Positions 11,057 through 24,363 of a stretch of 64,000 nucleotides of DNA are shown in pieces. The DNA lies in contig NC_045697.1 of NCBI RefSeq assembly GCF_009834535.1, forward strand, positions 98,582,001 to 98,646,000. Direction: 5' to 3'. Positions within the stretch are counted from its first letter, which is position 1; each line of letters opens with the position of its first letter. The stretch comes from Camelus ferus. Taxonomy: Eukaryota. The translations under genes were made by a program, and so were the position numbers. The notes under the pieces were generated by a model. That model did no database searches and was not told where the DNA came from. It saw only the letters and a list, made by a program, of their open reading frames with translations.

Positions 11057-11524
11057 CATATATTAGTATTAAGTTTAGCTGAATACAAGAACAAAAGTTT
11101 TTTTAAAACAACAAAAAATTTTTTTCACATTAGTTTAAACAAGTTAGAAATGTATTGCTCTTCAATAGAAAAGAAATCTGGGGGTAGCCAGCCCAAGACC
11201 AGTATGGTAGCTCCACAAAACTATCAGGATCCAACATATTTTCCAGCTCACAGTCAGCCTTCTTTAAATTGAGGTGCTCAACCTCGAGGTCCAATATGGC
11301 TGCTGAGCTCCATCCATAGCTATCTCATCCCACCCCCAGGAGAAATGGAAAAACAATACTTCCCAGGAGTTGTGCATACTTCTGTTTACATCTCACTCAC
11401 CAAAACTAAGTCACATATTTATTAAGGAAATTAGAAATGTCTTCTTTTAGTTGGATGACAATATGTCTAACCAATGAAGAAGGGGAGAGTGTGTATTGGG
11501 AGGCACTAAGCAGTGTTGACCACA
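11057..11524 (-). mobile_element. Old MaLR LTR (MLT1J-like)
   Basis: TTTAAACAAG...GAAATCTGGGGGTAGCCAG...TCCAATATGGCTGCTG...TAAGTCACAT...GTATTGGGAGGCACTAAGCAGTGTTGACCACA. Confidence 0.65.
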
Positions 11525-13185
11525 AATTGTCAATTAGTTGCTCTTCCTTTGCCAAGAGCAACAAAGCCAAATTGACAAGCAGACACCTGGTAGCTACTAT
11601 GTGACTCACCAGCCAGTTCACTCACTCCTACCCACCAGCTTGTCAGCAAAATTGTGTTTCTACATGTCATGGATTGCTAAAACTATTCACAATGCTGAAT
11701 GCTAACCTCCTGAAAGCAGTCTACTATTTAGCATATTCTCTAGATCTCCAAACTGTATATTTTTAGATAAAAATTATTATCTACATTAAACATGGAAGGA
11801 AAATACACTTAAACATTAACCTAAAAGTCTATAGAGATTATTTCTGAGGAGTAAAATTCCAGGACACTTTTCTTTGGGTTTTTTTTTTTTTTCATCCTTT
11901 TCTGTAGATAAAACTTTCTTCTAATATATATACATTGCTTCTATAATTAGATAAAACAGTAATTTCTTTTCAAGAGCTCCAACTTGTAGCCTCGTCATTC
12001 ATTAGTTGAGGAATTTATTCATCTACAACCCAGAGTACCTGAGACCAGAAGATAACTTAGGAAATCTGATTTTTGAAGTAGTGCTTTGCCCCAATCTACT
12101 CCACTTTATTTCACACTATGTTCCTTGAGTTAAATTTAAAATTTACATCATGACCTTTCTTGCTACTTCCAAGTAATTATCTCTCATTATTTATGTCTTG
12201 TGGTTTAAACAGAATCTAAAAATAAGTGTAACCCACGAACAAAATTTCTGAAGAACAGCCATTAAGATCTCTGCTATTACAATTAAACATGAGTCAGAGG
12301 AAGGGGAGGGTTCTACAGTTCAGACTTTGTAAGGAAAAATGAATGCTTTTTTTCCCCAGAAACACCCCTGGAGGAATTCCTCTTCTGCATTTTTGACTGT
12401 CATTTTCCAGGGAACTCTTTGCTACTAAAAATGAATCCGGCAGATTTAGAAGCAGCTGATTCCCAAGGTGTTGATCTGTGCTGAGCATCACCGTGCCGCC
12501 TTGGGGCTCTGGAGAGGAGGGTGGTCAGCGCTGTGTGAGGCAGCTGCAGCCCCCAAAGGTGCACAGGACAAGTCCCTGTGAATTACTCCACACCCACTCC
12601 CCACTGCTTTTTCTCCAAAAAAGGCATTAACCAAAAAACTGAAAGACAGTCCTTGGCTTTTACTTTGTTTGTTGTATCTACCCTAGAGCCAAAAGACTGA
12701 CAATCAACCAATTTAAACACACCAACCTTGCTAGGGAAAAAAAAACACCCAAAGGCACATGTATAAAAGCATTAACTTCACACACAAAGGATACCCCAGC
12801 TATATTTACAGGAGTCTTATACAGTGCATTGGGATACAGAGATAAAATGGGTCACACCGGACAGAGACTCAATCACTTGTCTCAGGAAAATAAAGAGGGA
12901 GCTGATTACCATATTGACTTGAATCTAATCCATATCTAGCCATTAGTGAGCGCACGAAAGTTGGTGGATCCTACAACCCATGGTGTACGACATACAGTAA
13001 AACTTTCCCTTAAAAAAAAGAAATAACAAAAAAAATTTTTTTTAATTTTAAACAAACAAATAAATAAATAAAATAGAGATAGTAACAACAACAACAACAA
13101 AAAAACTTTCCCTGGCACAGTCTCAGCTGTCATGTGTGCAAGGCACAAAGGAGTGTCAGAAAACATAGAGAACTTTTCTGATCAG

Positions 13186-13371
13186 CAGAAGCAGATTCTC
13201 ATGGAAGCTAAGGAAGCTTAAGCTACAGGAACCCTCACACAACCCATCCCCGTTCTCATTCTAAATAAATACTGGCTTTTTCACCTGATTTTCTATTCAT
13301 AATTTTTTTCTGTAATAGGGGTCCCTCAGTTCTGTCAGCTTCGGGCTTCACAAAATCTAGATTCTCTCCTA
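13186..13371. mobile_element. Short hAT-type DNA transposon (MER96-like)
   Basis: CAGAAGCAGATT...GAAGCTAAGGAAGCTTAAGCT...TTCTCATTCTAAATAAATA...AGCTTCGGGCTTCACAAAATCTAGATTC. Confidence 0.6.
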
Positions 13372-13414
13372 GAGCATGTAGAACAATGGATCATATGCTC
13401 TTAAGTTTTTTATC

Positions 13415-13882
13415 TTTTTAAAATTTGTGGTAAAAAAAATACATATATATGTATATATATACACATATACATAAAAGATACCATTTTAACCAACTTTAAG
13501 TGTACAGTTCAATGACATTAAGTACATTCACATTGTCCTACAACCATCTCCACTATCCATCTCTAGAACTTTTTCATCTGACAAAACTGAAAGTCTGTCA
13601 CCTGTTAAACAGTAACTCCCATTTTCCTCTGTCCCTGGCCCCTGATAATCACCATTCTGCTTTCTGTCTTTATGAACTTAACTACTCTAGCTTCCTCATC
13701 TGATTGAAATCATACACTTTGCCTTTTCTGTGAAAGCCTTATTTCACTTAGCATAGTGTCCTCAAGGTTCATCCATGTTGTAGCACATGACAGGAGTTCT
13801 TTCCTTTTTAAGGCTGAGTAATATCTCAGTGCATGCATATACCACATTTTGTTTATCCATTCATCTGTCAGCGGACACTTGT
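13415..13882 (-). mobile_element. Older L1 (L1MB-like) 3' fragment
   Basis: TTTAAGTGTACAGTTCAATGACATTAAGTACATTCACATTG...TTATTTCACTTAGCATAGTGTCCTCAAGGTTCATCCATGTTGTAGCA. Confidence 0.88.
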
Positions 13883-13904
13883 ACATTTTTTATTTTAAGA
13901 TAAA

Positions 13905-14186
13905 TGCATAGAAAGCAAATTTATGGTTACCAGGGAGGAAGAGGTGGGAAGGGATAAACCGGGAGTTCGAGATTTGCAGGTACTAACTGCTATATATATA
14001 ATAGATAAACAGTAAGTTTCTTTTGTATAGCACAGGATACTATATTCAATATCTTGTAACCTACAATGAAAAAGAATATGAAAATGAATATATGTATGTA
14101 TGTATATGTATGACTGAAACATTATGCTGTACACCAGAAATTGACACAACATTGTAAGCTCGACTATACTTCAATTAAAACAAAAA
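13905..14186 (+). mobile_element. Camelid-type L1 3' end
   Basis: GGGATAAACCGGGAGTTCGAGATTTGCAG...GAAACATTATGCTGTACACCAGAAATTGACACAACATTGTAA; matches 60490-60745. Confidence 0.9.
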
Positions 14187-14589
14187 GTGCATGTAACCAT
14201 TTAGAAAGCCATGCTCTTGCTTTAGAATTAGTTCTGTAGAATGTGCAGTGGTGGTCCCTTGTCAGTCACATTTATGTGAGGATTCAGTAACTTTCTCTGT
14301 CCAAGTTCAATGAGGAGTCATAAAGGGACAGTTATCTTTCCATTGCCAGCTTGTGAATAACCCACTAACAAGTAACACAGCCTGCATCTCCTCCCCTTGG
14401 CACCCACACTTCTTCCTGTATCTCTTATTTATTCTGATACTCTTTAATCAACTAATACATATATATCGAAAGATATTATTTCATTTTATTTTCAACTATT
14501 ATTTAGCACCTTCAGTTTTCTGGGGGTAATACTCCACTTCGGAAAGTAAAAAGGGAAAAAAAAAAAAAGAATAAAAGTAAGCCTGAAGA

Positions 14590-15120
14590 AGTTCACATCT
14601 CAGAGGAGGGGGCAGACTGACAAACTCTAATACAGTGTAATAATACTAAGTTCAGTAATAGAGGTACATACAAGGTGCTGAGAGAGTACTTTAAGGGAAG
14701 GATTAATTCAGATGAATGAGTCAAGCAAGATTAGCCAGGGAAATAACATTTAAACCGGGTATTGCCAAGGATATTTGCTTGGTGATGAAAGTTGCAAAGG
14801 GTATTCCATGCAGAGAAAACAGAGTGAACAGAAGGCTTGAAGGTATTTGTTATATTGAGGAAAAAGTAAATACTCTTGGTGTCTAGAGGGCAGAATGCAT
14901 TAGTAAAAGCAGCAAGAGATGAGATTTAACAGAGACTGGAGCCAGAGTATGAAGGTCTTATGAAGCTAGGACTTTTTCTGGTGGGCAGTGGGAGCCACTG
15001 AAGACTTTAAGCTGGGAGAGGTGGCAGGGATGGGGACAGGGATCATTGTGATGGAGTCTGTGTTTTGTAGAGACCGTCCTCTCACCAGTCTAGCCATGTG
15101 CAGAAACTGGAAGGATGGTC
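14590..15120 (-). mobile_element. L2 fragment
   Basis: AGTAATAGAGGTACATACAAGGTGCTG...GGGTATTCCATGCAGAGAAAACAG...AGTGGGAGCCACTGAAGACTTTAAGC. Confidence 0.65.
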
Positions 15121-15377
15121 CAAGGGCAGGAGAAAAGGACAAGGAGATCCTCAAATTTGAGTGAATGTTTAACCAAGAGACAGTGTTTTTCCTCCATCAG
15201 CAGAAAGGAAGGCTGACAAGCAGGTTGGATTCAATCATTAAAAAATTACACTTCTGCTCATCTGAGTTTTAAAAGTGCTGCACTTGTGAATGTGTACGTA
15301 TGCAAGGTTACACAAAAAATGGTAGTGGGAAAATTAATATTTTCTTCTCTATGCCTTCCTCTATCTCCCAAATGTTT

Positions 15378-15523
15378 TTGGTTTTTTTTAAGTAGACATC
15401 ATCTATTATTATCTTTTTCAAATTTTTATCTCTTAAACGTTTTCCCCCCTTAATGAAGGCACTGGGGATTGAACCTCATGCATGCCAAGCTCTCGCTCTA
15501 TGCCGAGCTATATTCAGCACCCG
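15378..15523 (-). mobile_element. Vic-1-type SINE with an atypical 3' tail
   Basis: 13-bp TSD CTCCCAAATGTTT (15365-15377 / 15524-15536). Confidence 0.85.
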
Positions 15524-16299
15524 CTCCCAAATGTTTCATACTCAAATGCATTTCTTTCAGCAATAGGAAAACAAGATTTTTTAAAGGCCACTTTGTTTCT
15601 TGTCATCCCTAGCTCTTTAATGTATTGGAAGTTATCATCTGATTGTGTGGTGAGTTGGAGAGTGGAGCAATAGTGTCAGGGACTCTTCAAAACTCAATTC
15701 CACTCACCCCTCACCCCCAAAACAGATGCATGTGAGTACTGGGGGAGGGGAGGGGAATATACACACAAGAAAATGTGTGACACTTTCATATTCGCAAAGA
15801 TGGTGTACACACTGTGAAAAGTAAGTGAGGCAAACAAGGTGGAGATGGGAGTCCAAGAAAGGAGATTTGCGGTGATTTGGGTGCTCAGTGAAGATGGTGA
15901 GGTCTGTACTATCTTTGAAGGAGGAAAAAAAATGAAGGCTAGCAAGATGATATTCCAAGCTGGCAGAACTGTGTGAGCAAACAGGAATTGGGAACAGTGT
16001 TTGGCAGAAGGCAAGCAGACCAGGCAACTTGGAACAAAGGATTCATGGGGGATGCGAGGTTAGAGAGACCAGGAGCCCTTTAGGTAGCGGGGAATCAATG
16101 AGAGTTCTGAGTAATAGCTCTGATGCAAGAAACACAGGACTTAAGGAAGATCCGTTTGGTGGTGACATTGCCAGGAAGGAAGTGCCATTCACATGCGGCT
16201 TCCCGATTGCCACATAGATCTAAATATCTGTTGCCAATACTGTATTTTTTAACAATATATTTTTAATATTTCTAAGTCTTTTAATTTATAGTTTTATTT

Positions 16300-16392
16300 A
16301 AGCAACTATTTTATTTTATTTTTTGTTCTTTTGGGGGGTTGGTAATTAGATTGAACCCATGATCTTGTGCATGCTAAGCACAAGCTCTACCA
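16300..16392 (-). mobile_element. Vic-1-type SINE, internally deleted
   Basis: GGTAATTAGATTGAACCCATGATCTTGTGCATGCTAAGCACAAGCTCTACCACTGAACTATACCC. Confidence 0.85.
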
Positions 16393-16474
16393 CTGAACTA
16401 TACCCAGCCCCTGTCAAGGCTATATTTTTACTGAATCCTTCAAAATAAGCTGTTTGTTTCTTTAAAAAGTTAAA

Positions 16475-17030
16475 AAAAAACTTTGCTGAGATATAATCCA
16501 CAAACCATTACCCATTTGAAGTATAGAATTAAATGTTTTTGAATATAGTCACGTGGTTGTAGAAACATGACCATAATTTAATTTGAGAACATTTTCATTA
16601 AAAAAATCTCTCATACCCAGGGGTAGCATTCCCCATCCGCCCCTAACCCTCTGGCCCTAAGCAGCCACGGATCTACTTCCCCTCTCTCTCTCTCTGGATT
16701 TGCCTGCTCTGGACATTTCGTATAAATGGAATCATACAGTACATGACCTTTATTCCTGGCTTCTTTCACTTAGTCTGTACAATGTTCATCCACATTGTAG
16801 CAGGTATCAGGACTTCATTTCTTTTTATTGCTGAATAATATTCATTGCATGGATCACTACGTTTTGCTTATCCAGTCATCAGTTGACAGATACTTGGGTC
16901 ATTTCCACTTTGGGGCTATTATAAATAATGCTGCTATGAACACCTATGTACAAGTTTTTGTGTGGTTATAGGTTTCCATCTCTCATGGGAACCTTCCTAG
17001 GAGTGGAGTTGCGGGATCAGACAGTAACTA
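16475..17030 (-). mobile_element. Older L1 (L1MB-like) 3' fragment
   Basis: GGATTTGCCTGCTCTGGACATTTCGTATAAATGGAATCATACAGT...TTGGGGCTATTATAAATAATGCTGCTATGAACA. Confidence 0.85.
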
Positions 17031-17363
17031 GACTCTCTGTTTCTGAACCCATGTCTGCTCTCTGATAAATCTTACTGATTGTTTTTGAAGCTGGCTTATG
17101 TCTCATCCAGTATAACTGAATTCTGACCAACCAAGTGGAGTCCATTCTAACTTAATTCAGCTTCACCAAGTGATTTACAAAGCCAAAAAGGAAGTAGGTG
17201 ATGTGTCAGAGGCTTCTGCTCAGCTCAAGAAAGCAGATCTGACCTCAGAGCAAGTCACAGCAGCCCACATTTGGGCTTCCTCGTGCCTCCTACACTTTCA
17301 TGGTAAAGGGAACCAAACGTCAATCAGTCTCTCTCTCTCTGTCTTTCTCTCTCTCAACATTTG

Positions 17364-17501
17364 TTTGTATTGTTTGTTTTATGAGGGGGAGGTAATTAGG
17401 TTTATTCATTTACTTCTGTTTGGAGGAGGTACTGGGGATTGAATCCAGGACCTCTTGCATGCTGAGCATGCGCTCTACCACTTGAGCTATACCCTATCCC
17501 C
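17364..17501 (-). mobile_element. Vic-1-type SINE
   Basis: Full body including GGGGGAGGTAATTAGGTTTATT; TSD TCAACATTTG (17354-17363 / 17507-17516). Confidence 0.92.
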
Positions 17502-19121
17502 TCTCTTCAACATTTGGGTAAATTAGAAGTATCCTGTATGGAAGCAGGAGATTTCAGCCCAGCCAAGGCTCATCTGCTAGAACTCTCTTTCCTGTTCACT
17601 GAGACAAGGATTCCTTAAGGAGGAATCTCAGTATCTCAAAACTGCTGACAGTTGGAGCAAAAGTGGGGGCCCAGCACCTTAGAGATGCGTGTAAAATTAG
17701 AAATATCAAGATGTTTGGGGGGTTTCTTAGCCTTTTAAACAAGAACACCTGAGAAATAAATGACTGTCAAAAATGAAAGAAAAAAGCAACACTTTGGAGA
17801 CTTAAGGTCACAGTGACATCATTTGAAATAAAACAATTTTTTAAAAATGCAGCCACAAGTGAGATAAGAGTTTTGAAACACCTTGTAGTTTCAGATTCCA
17901 GAATACCTCCTCCCCTAGGAGCCAGCCTAACAGTAACCAACATCACGTACAGTACTAAAAATGCTGACTTGGCCAAAACCAGATAATTGACCTATGATCG
18001 ATACCAAAAGCCATCAGTGTGTAGTTGAGCAATAGCAAATGATTGACCTGTCCTGAAGACTTGACAACGGACAGAGCGAGATTTATACCTCGGTATTGTT
18101 CTAACAATATTTCAACATCTCTGCCAGCCCTGTGGGATTATAAATAGATTCCGCTAAGAGTAAGAAACTAACTCCCAGAATCCCGTATGTATGGGAAATA
18201 AAGGGCCAGGAGAGCAGAAGTACTGAGACAGAGGTGTTATAAAGCTTGAGTTAGGAAAGAGATTAATGGCAGAGTGCTACAGAACAAAACACTTCAAGGA
18301 ACACAAGATGATGACCTGTCTCCCTATTATTGGGAGCTTGTAACCTACAAAGAAACATAAGAAATAACAAAAAACTCGACGTTGGAAACAGTGAACTACC
18401 TGCCTTAAGAAAGTAAGGATTTCACTCTTGTACAAAAGTATTGTATAAACTGGCTTGCTAAGAATCAGGAAAGTGTTCTGTTCATTAGGAAGAGACAGAT
18501 ATCCTCCTACTCTTGTTTCTGAACTCTCTAATTCTGATTAACCAGGTGTCTTCTGGAGAAATAATTCAAAATGTCTCTTTCGAATTATTCTCAGAAAAGA
18601 ATCTTCCCGGGGAATTTGTAAGCATGGGGTTTCTGCAACTCCCTTGATTCTAGATATCATTTGGTTCAATCTCCTGATGCCACGTTCTAGCTCCATTTTA
18701 CCTCCCCACCCCCTGCAGCTTAGCATTTGATCAGCTGGACACCCACAGTGGGCTCTTCCTTAGCCAGGCGCTTTTCCTTGTCCCTAGTCCCGATTCTTCC
18801 CTTTTCCTCCTGGCTGGCTGCCTCCAGATTGATGGAGGTTATTACAGCGCACCAAAGGGTACTTAATTCAAGGATATGCAGTACATTGTGAGGCCAGCCT
18901 CAGACAGGCCCATGGCAAGATCATTGCATTGCTTCAATTTCCCTGCCCATCTTTCCTGGTCTGCCCAGGACAAAAAAAAAAAATTGAAAAGAGGAAGAAA
19001 GGACAGAAGAAAAGGAGGAAGGGAGGATGAATTCAACGTCTGGTGTTTGAAAGTTCACAATACCCATCATACTCAACAGCAGACTTAAACCAACTAGCAA
19101 GGCCTTAAAAAGGTTTCTTTT

Positions 19122-19760
19122 TAAAACTAAAAATAGACTTATCATGTGATCCAGCAATCCCACTCCTGGCCATATATCCAGAGAAATCTCTAATTCGAAA
19201 AGATACATGCACCCCAGTGTTCACAGCAACACTATATACAATAGCCAAGACATGGAAGCAACCTAAACGTCCATTGACAGATGACTGGATAAAGAAGCTG
19301 TGGTATATTTACACAATAGAATACTACTCAGCCATAAGAAAGAATGAAATGATGCCATTTGCAGCAACATGGATGGACCTAGGGATTATCATACTAAGTG
19401 AAGTAAATCAGACAAAGACAAATATCGTATGATATCACTTACATGTGGAATCTAAAAAATGATACAAATAAACTTATTTACAAAACAGAAACAGACTCAC
19501 AGATACAGAAAACAAACTAACGGTTCCCAAAGGGGAAAGGGAGGGTGGGATAAATTAGGAGTTTGGGCTTAGCAGATACAAACTACCATATAGAAAATAA
19601 ATGAACAACAGGTCCTACTGTATAGCACAGGAAACTATATTCAATATCTTGTAATAGCCCATAATGAAAAAGAATATATAACTGACTCACTATGCTGTAC
19701 ACCAAAAACTAACACAACATTGTTAAATCAAATGTATTTCAAATAAAAAATAAATAAATA
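19122..19760 (+). mobile_element. 5'-truncated camelid-type L1
   Basis: ORF 19217-19432 is the ORF2 C-terminus (MFTATLYTIAKTWKQPKRP...FAATWMDLGIIILSE), followed by 3' UTR and an A-rich tail; degenerate TSD AAAAAGGTTTCTTTT / AAAATGTTTTCCTTT. Confidence 0.93.
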
Positions 19761-20289
19761 AAATGTTTTCCTTTTTGATATTTAATTTCCAATAAGAAAA
19801 ACCTTGCATTTAATTGAGTTCTGCTTGTATTCAAATTTCCCTGTCAGCAGTCAGAGTTTAAAGGTGCAGTAGGCAGCTTTTCCAAAGTAAGAAATAGCAA
19901 ATTATGTTAATTGATATTTAAATAAAATAAATATTTGATCAATGGGAAAACAACTCCCCTGCTTATGATGGAAGCAATTTTGTTTTTTTAGCCTGGTGGG
20001 TAATAAGTTCTAAATAATTTTAAACACTCTGATTGCACCCTAATGTCTGCTTACCAAGAAAAAAACAGTAGCAACAATCTCTGCACTATATAAACTACAT
20101 TCCTCTCTTCTAGTAATTAATCTTTAACACTACAAATATGCATTTGCTGTGTTAAAAAAAATTCTAATACAGGTCTAGAGAGTTAAGAGTCAAAATCCCT
20201 ATTCATATCTCCTTAAGCCCCACGGGGTGGGACTCACCCCATCAGACTTCCTGAGGTGGGAGCTGGAAATCATCTGCAGTGTGCTCTTC

Positions 20290-21500
20290 TAGACTTTTTT
20301 TTCTATGTATGTGTCTATTTGCACGTATAGGTGTTGTGAATTTTCTTTGTTTACCCATATTGGATTGTACTATACATGTTGTTCTGAAACTTGCTTAACA
20401 CTGAGTCAGAAGCATCTTCCATGTCAATACAGCTAGAGCTATGTCACTCTGTTTAGCAGATGTAGTTACACTGTACTATAAAGTATTTGACTATTTCCCA
20501 ATTAGGCTATTTTCAGTTTTTGTTAAATGCAAGCAATGCTGTGTGCAATATCCATGTACACTCTGCATATGTTGCTGAATCAGAGTGTGAGAGCATTACT
20601 GTTTTGAGAGATATTGCCAAATTGCTCTTCATAAAAGATTATAACAATGAACACTCCCACCAATTGAATATGAGAGTATATTTTTATTTATTTTGGGGGG
20701 AACTGAGGGGATGAAAATAACATATGGTTGTTTTTATTTGTATTTCCCAGACTAGGGAGGTTAAACAACTTGTCATGTGCTTCTTGGCCATTTATATTTC
20801 TTTATCTAGAAATCGCCTTGTGTTTGCTCATTTTTCCTTTGGTTTACTTTTTCTTGTGATTCAAAGGAGCTCTTTATATATTGTGGTTCTCATATGGTTC
20901 TGGAAAACATTTCCTCAATCTCTGCTGCTTGACATTTAGCTTTGTTCTTCACCCCCAAGATTATTTTAAAAAACAAAAACCTCCTATACTTTCTGTTAGT
21001 ACATTTATGGGAAAATTTTTTAATTTTTTATTTATTTATTTTTAATTTGGGGGTAATTACGTTTATTTATTTTTATTTATTTTTTAACAGAGATACTGGG
21101 GATTGAACTCAGGACCTCATGCATGCTAAGCACACAATCTACCACTGACCTATACCCTCCCTAGGAAATTTTTTTTATATGTGGATTTTTAATGCATTTG
21201 TAATATGCTTCTGTGTGTGGTTGGAAACAAAAATCAAAAATAATATGGTGCTGGTGGAATTCCTATCCTGTTCCCATCTTTAATGTGATCTCCTAATGTC
21301 TCATTATTATGATATTTGCAGTGGTTTCTGCCTTTATCAAAGCTTAACAATTTCTTTTAAAATAACAAATGCATATTGAGTTCTACCAAGTGTTTTTACA
21401 GCATCTAATGAGATCATTGTTTGATTATTCTCCTTCAGTTTATTAATGTGAATTGCATTACTGGATTTCCTAATGTTGAGATTTCATTATTTTCCTGGGA
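20290..21500 (-). mobile_element. Highly diverged L1 (L1ME-like) fragments
   Basis: GAGATATTGCCAAATTGCTCTTCATAAAAGATTATAACAATGAACACTCCCACC...TTTTTATTTGTATTTCCC...GGCCATTTATATTTCT. Confidence 0.6.
21023..21161 (-). mobile_element. Vic-1-type SINE
   Basis: GGGGTAATTACGTTTATTT...GATACTGGGGATTGAACTCAGGACCTCATGCATGCTAAGC...TATACCCTCCC. Confidence 0.9.
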
Positions 21501-21662
21501 GTTCTAGTTCTCAATTTTTCAATGTCTCGTATTTTATCCCATATTATTTTTAAAGATTTGAAAATGAAAATCTAAGTATTCTGCTTTTTCAATGTCCAAA
21601 GCCATGTTAGTTACACAGAAGAATATCTTTTTATTTTGTTTCTTTCTAAAAAAAATAAGTAC

Positions 21663-21883
21663 TTGGGATTGGCAGAAACAAACTACTATGTACAGAATAG
21701 ATAAACAAGGTCCTACTGTATAGCACAGGTAACTATATTCAATATCTTATAATAACCTATAATGAAAAAGAATATATATATAATTGAATATATTATATTA
21801 TATATTATATTGAATACATTACATTATATATTATATTATATACATTATATTATATATAATATATTCAGTTATACATTAAAAGA

Positions 21884-21928
<45 letters not shown>

Positions 21929-22100
21929 AAACTGAATATAATATATATAATGGACTGGATATAATATATATAATTGAATTATAGTCAGTTTACAATGCTG
22001 TGTCAATTTCTGATATATAGCACATTTCTTCAGTCATACATGAAAATACATATACTCATTTTCATATTCTTTTTCACCATAAGATACTATAAGATGTCAA
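21663..22100. mobile_element. Tail-to-tail L1 3' ends (+ 21663-21780, - 21970-22100) separated by an expanded TA/TG low-complexity tract
   Basis: GGTCCTACTGTATAGCACAGG...AATGAAAAAGAATATATA on +, and ATAGTCAGTTTACAATGCTGTGTCAATTTCTG...CAGTCATACATG on -. Confidence 0.85.
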
Positions 22101-22778
22101 AATTCTTTTTAAATAAAGTTGATGATGATGACAGTGTTAAAGAACAATGAGAACTAGCAGAAGCATTACCCAAGAAGCATTACACAAATCACTGTGCTAC
22201 CATATGTGTACATAAGGTCATTTAAAACACCTTTGTTCTTACTAGTGACGTAGGAATTATTTCAAAATATCCTCAATGATCTCTCAACCTGAACTTAGTT
22301 CTTGTTTTCACTTATTAGAATAGCATAAGAGTTTCTTTTCTGCAGAGTATTCAAATAACATTAACTAGTCTGTTTCAACCTGTTAATAATTGACGATGAA
22401 ATTTCCTGTCTTTACTGAAAACATATCCTAATAATTTGTATTAATATGTAATTTATGAATCAAATATAATTTTTTCAGATCCAATTACTTGTGAAATTTT
22501 TTGGTAGCTTTTCAATAAGTATAAATCAAAAAGGAATGATTTCTTATAAAGGCTTTTTCTATAAGCCAATTGGAAATTAAATGAATAATAACAGTTATTT
22601 AAAAAAAAAAGAAGAATAACAGTAGAATGATACTGAAGAAAATGAAATAAGAAAATTACATGTTTTAAAATAATTTCATTTTCTAGCTACACCACTAACT
22701 TCCTAGTTTTTATTAAGTATTTGTTAGAATAGCAGAGAAATAAAATGGAAGAATCCTCATCTTTTAAAACCAGTATAT

Positions 22779-22860
22779 GGAGGGGAGGGTGTAGCTTAGT
22801 GGTAGAGAGTCCTGGGTTCAATCCCCAGTACTTCCACTTAAAAAATAATAATAAATAAAA
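22779..22860 (+). mobile_element. Vic-1-type SINE, internally deleted
   Basis: 13-bp TSD TAAAACCAGTATA (22765-22777 / 22861-22873). Confidence 0.9.
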
Positions 22861-24363
22861 TAAAACCAGTATACACAGAATACACACTGCTTTTTCAAAA
22901 GCAAATATTAATGATGACAAATGATATGTGATGCTGAGCTATGCATTATTTGAGGAAACAATTTGTTGAACAGAATTGTGGAAAAAATAATTAGAGAATT
23001 ATTACTACTATTATATCGAGGAGACTTGCAATCATTTTGGAATTTTTACTGAATGTATACTTTCCAGAACTTGTTTTGTTTTGTTTGTAGAACTTCTTAA
23101 ATGAAGGATAATCTTATCTAGAAAAGTAAGAATATTTGCTTACAATACAAAATCAGGTTTCAGCTGAAAATAAAGCCTATTTTAAAACAACATCAACAAC
23201 AGCAAAAGCAAAATTCCAAATACTTCTTCAGCAATTCTAGTAAAAGAATGGGTGGGATTTTTTTTTTTTCCTGGTGTTTTCTTTCTCTAAAAGGGAAGAC
23301 AGTCAAAGAGACTTGGATACCTAAATGAACTATTTGTGGGTTACAAAGAAATCATAATTAGAGACAACAATAAAAAGAGTAAAGATTTCTCTTTTCTATT
23401 TCTCTTTTCAAATTGTCTTTTCTCCATAATTATCTTTTTCGATTGGAAAGTGATTGGTAGAGATGAATGGTAGAAGAAAATTCAAATTGTCAGATTCCCT
23501 TAGTTTCAAATGATTACCTGTTTTTAAAATAGGAGCTTTTTTTGTTCTGAATTGGTTCTTTAAAAACTAGGAAAAGTACATGCCTGTTGAAAAAAATAAT
23601 TAATACAAATGTACACATAGTAAAACATGAACATCCTCTTCACCCCCTCATTCATTTTTTATTCTCACTTCTCAGGGCTTACTCTGCTTAACAGTCTTGG
23701 TATGCATCCTTCCAGAGCTTTCTCAGAGCAGATGCACAAATACAGCTTTTCATATGAATGTAAACATATGTTCATTTTACATCATTGGTCTTCTGCTTTA
23801 TTTTTTTAATATGCCAAGTTCACTCAGCTGGAAAGACCTAGGACTGAGACATGACTCTTGGTCTGTCTGGCTCTGGAACTTACTTTATTTCCTATGCACA
23901 ATCCCCGAGAAACACAGCACCAATTTAGGAAGACTGGTCTGGCAGTATTGTATTGTTATATGACATTGAATTGTTGAATCAATCAAGACATTCTAGGTTA
24001 GAGTCTTGTAAATATCCAACAACCCAGGAACTAAATCATGGTACATCAACTAAATCATATATCAACTGTGAAAATTACAAAAACTATGGTGTGACATGGA
24101 AACGTGATTGTGGTGAAATCTTAAATGAAAAGAAATGGTATCTTCTGGTAATTTTTAGCAAAACAAGAGAATTTTGCACCAAACTTAAATTGACATCTTC
24201 ACCTCCTGTAACGAAACCACCAGCTAATTTTAATGGGAGTTTCTTCCTTTACAAAAAAGCATTAAGTCCTATCTCCCTAGACAGAGATAATAAAAGCCTT
24301 CTAGAAACTCTAAAGTCACTAGACAACTACTAGATTATTATTTTCCTACAGGTGATGGAAAAT

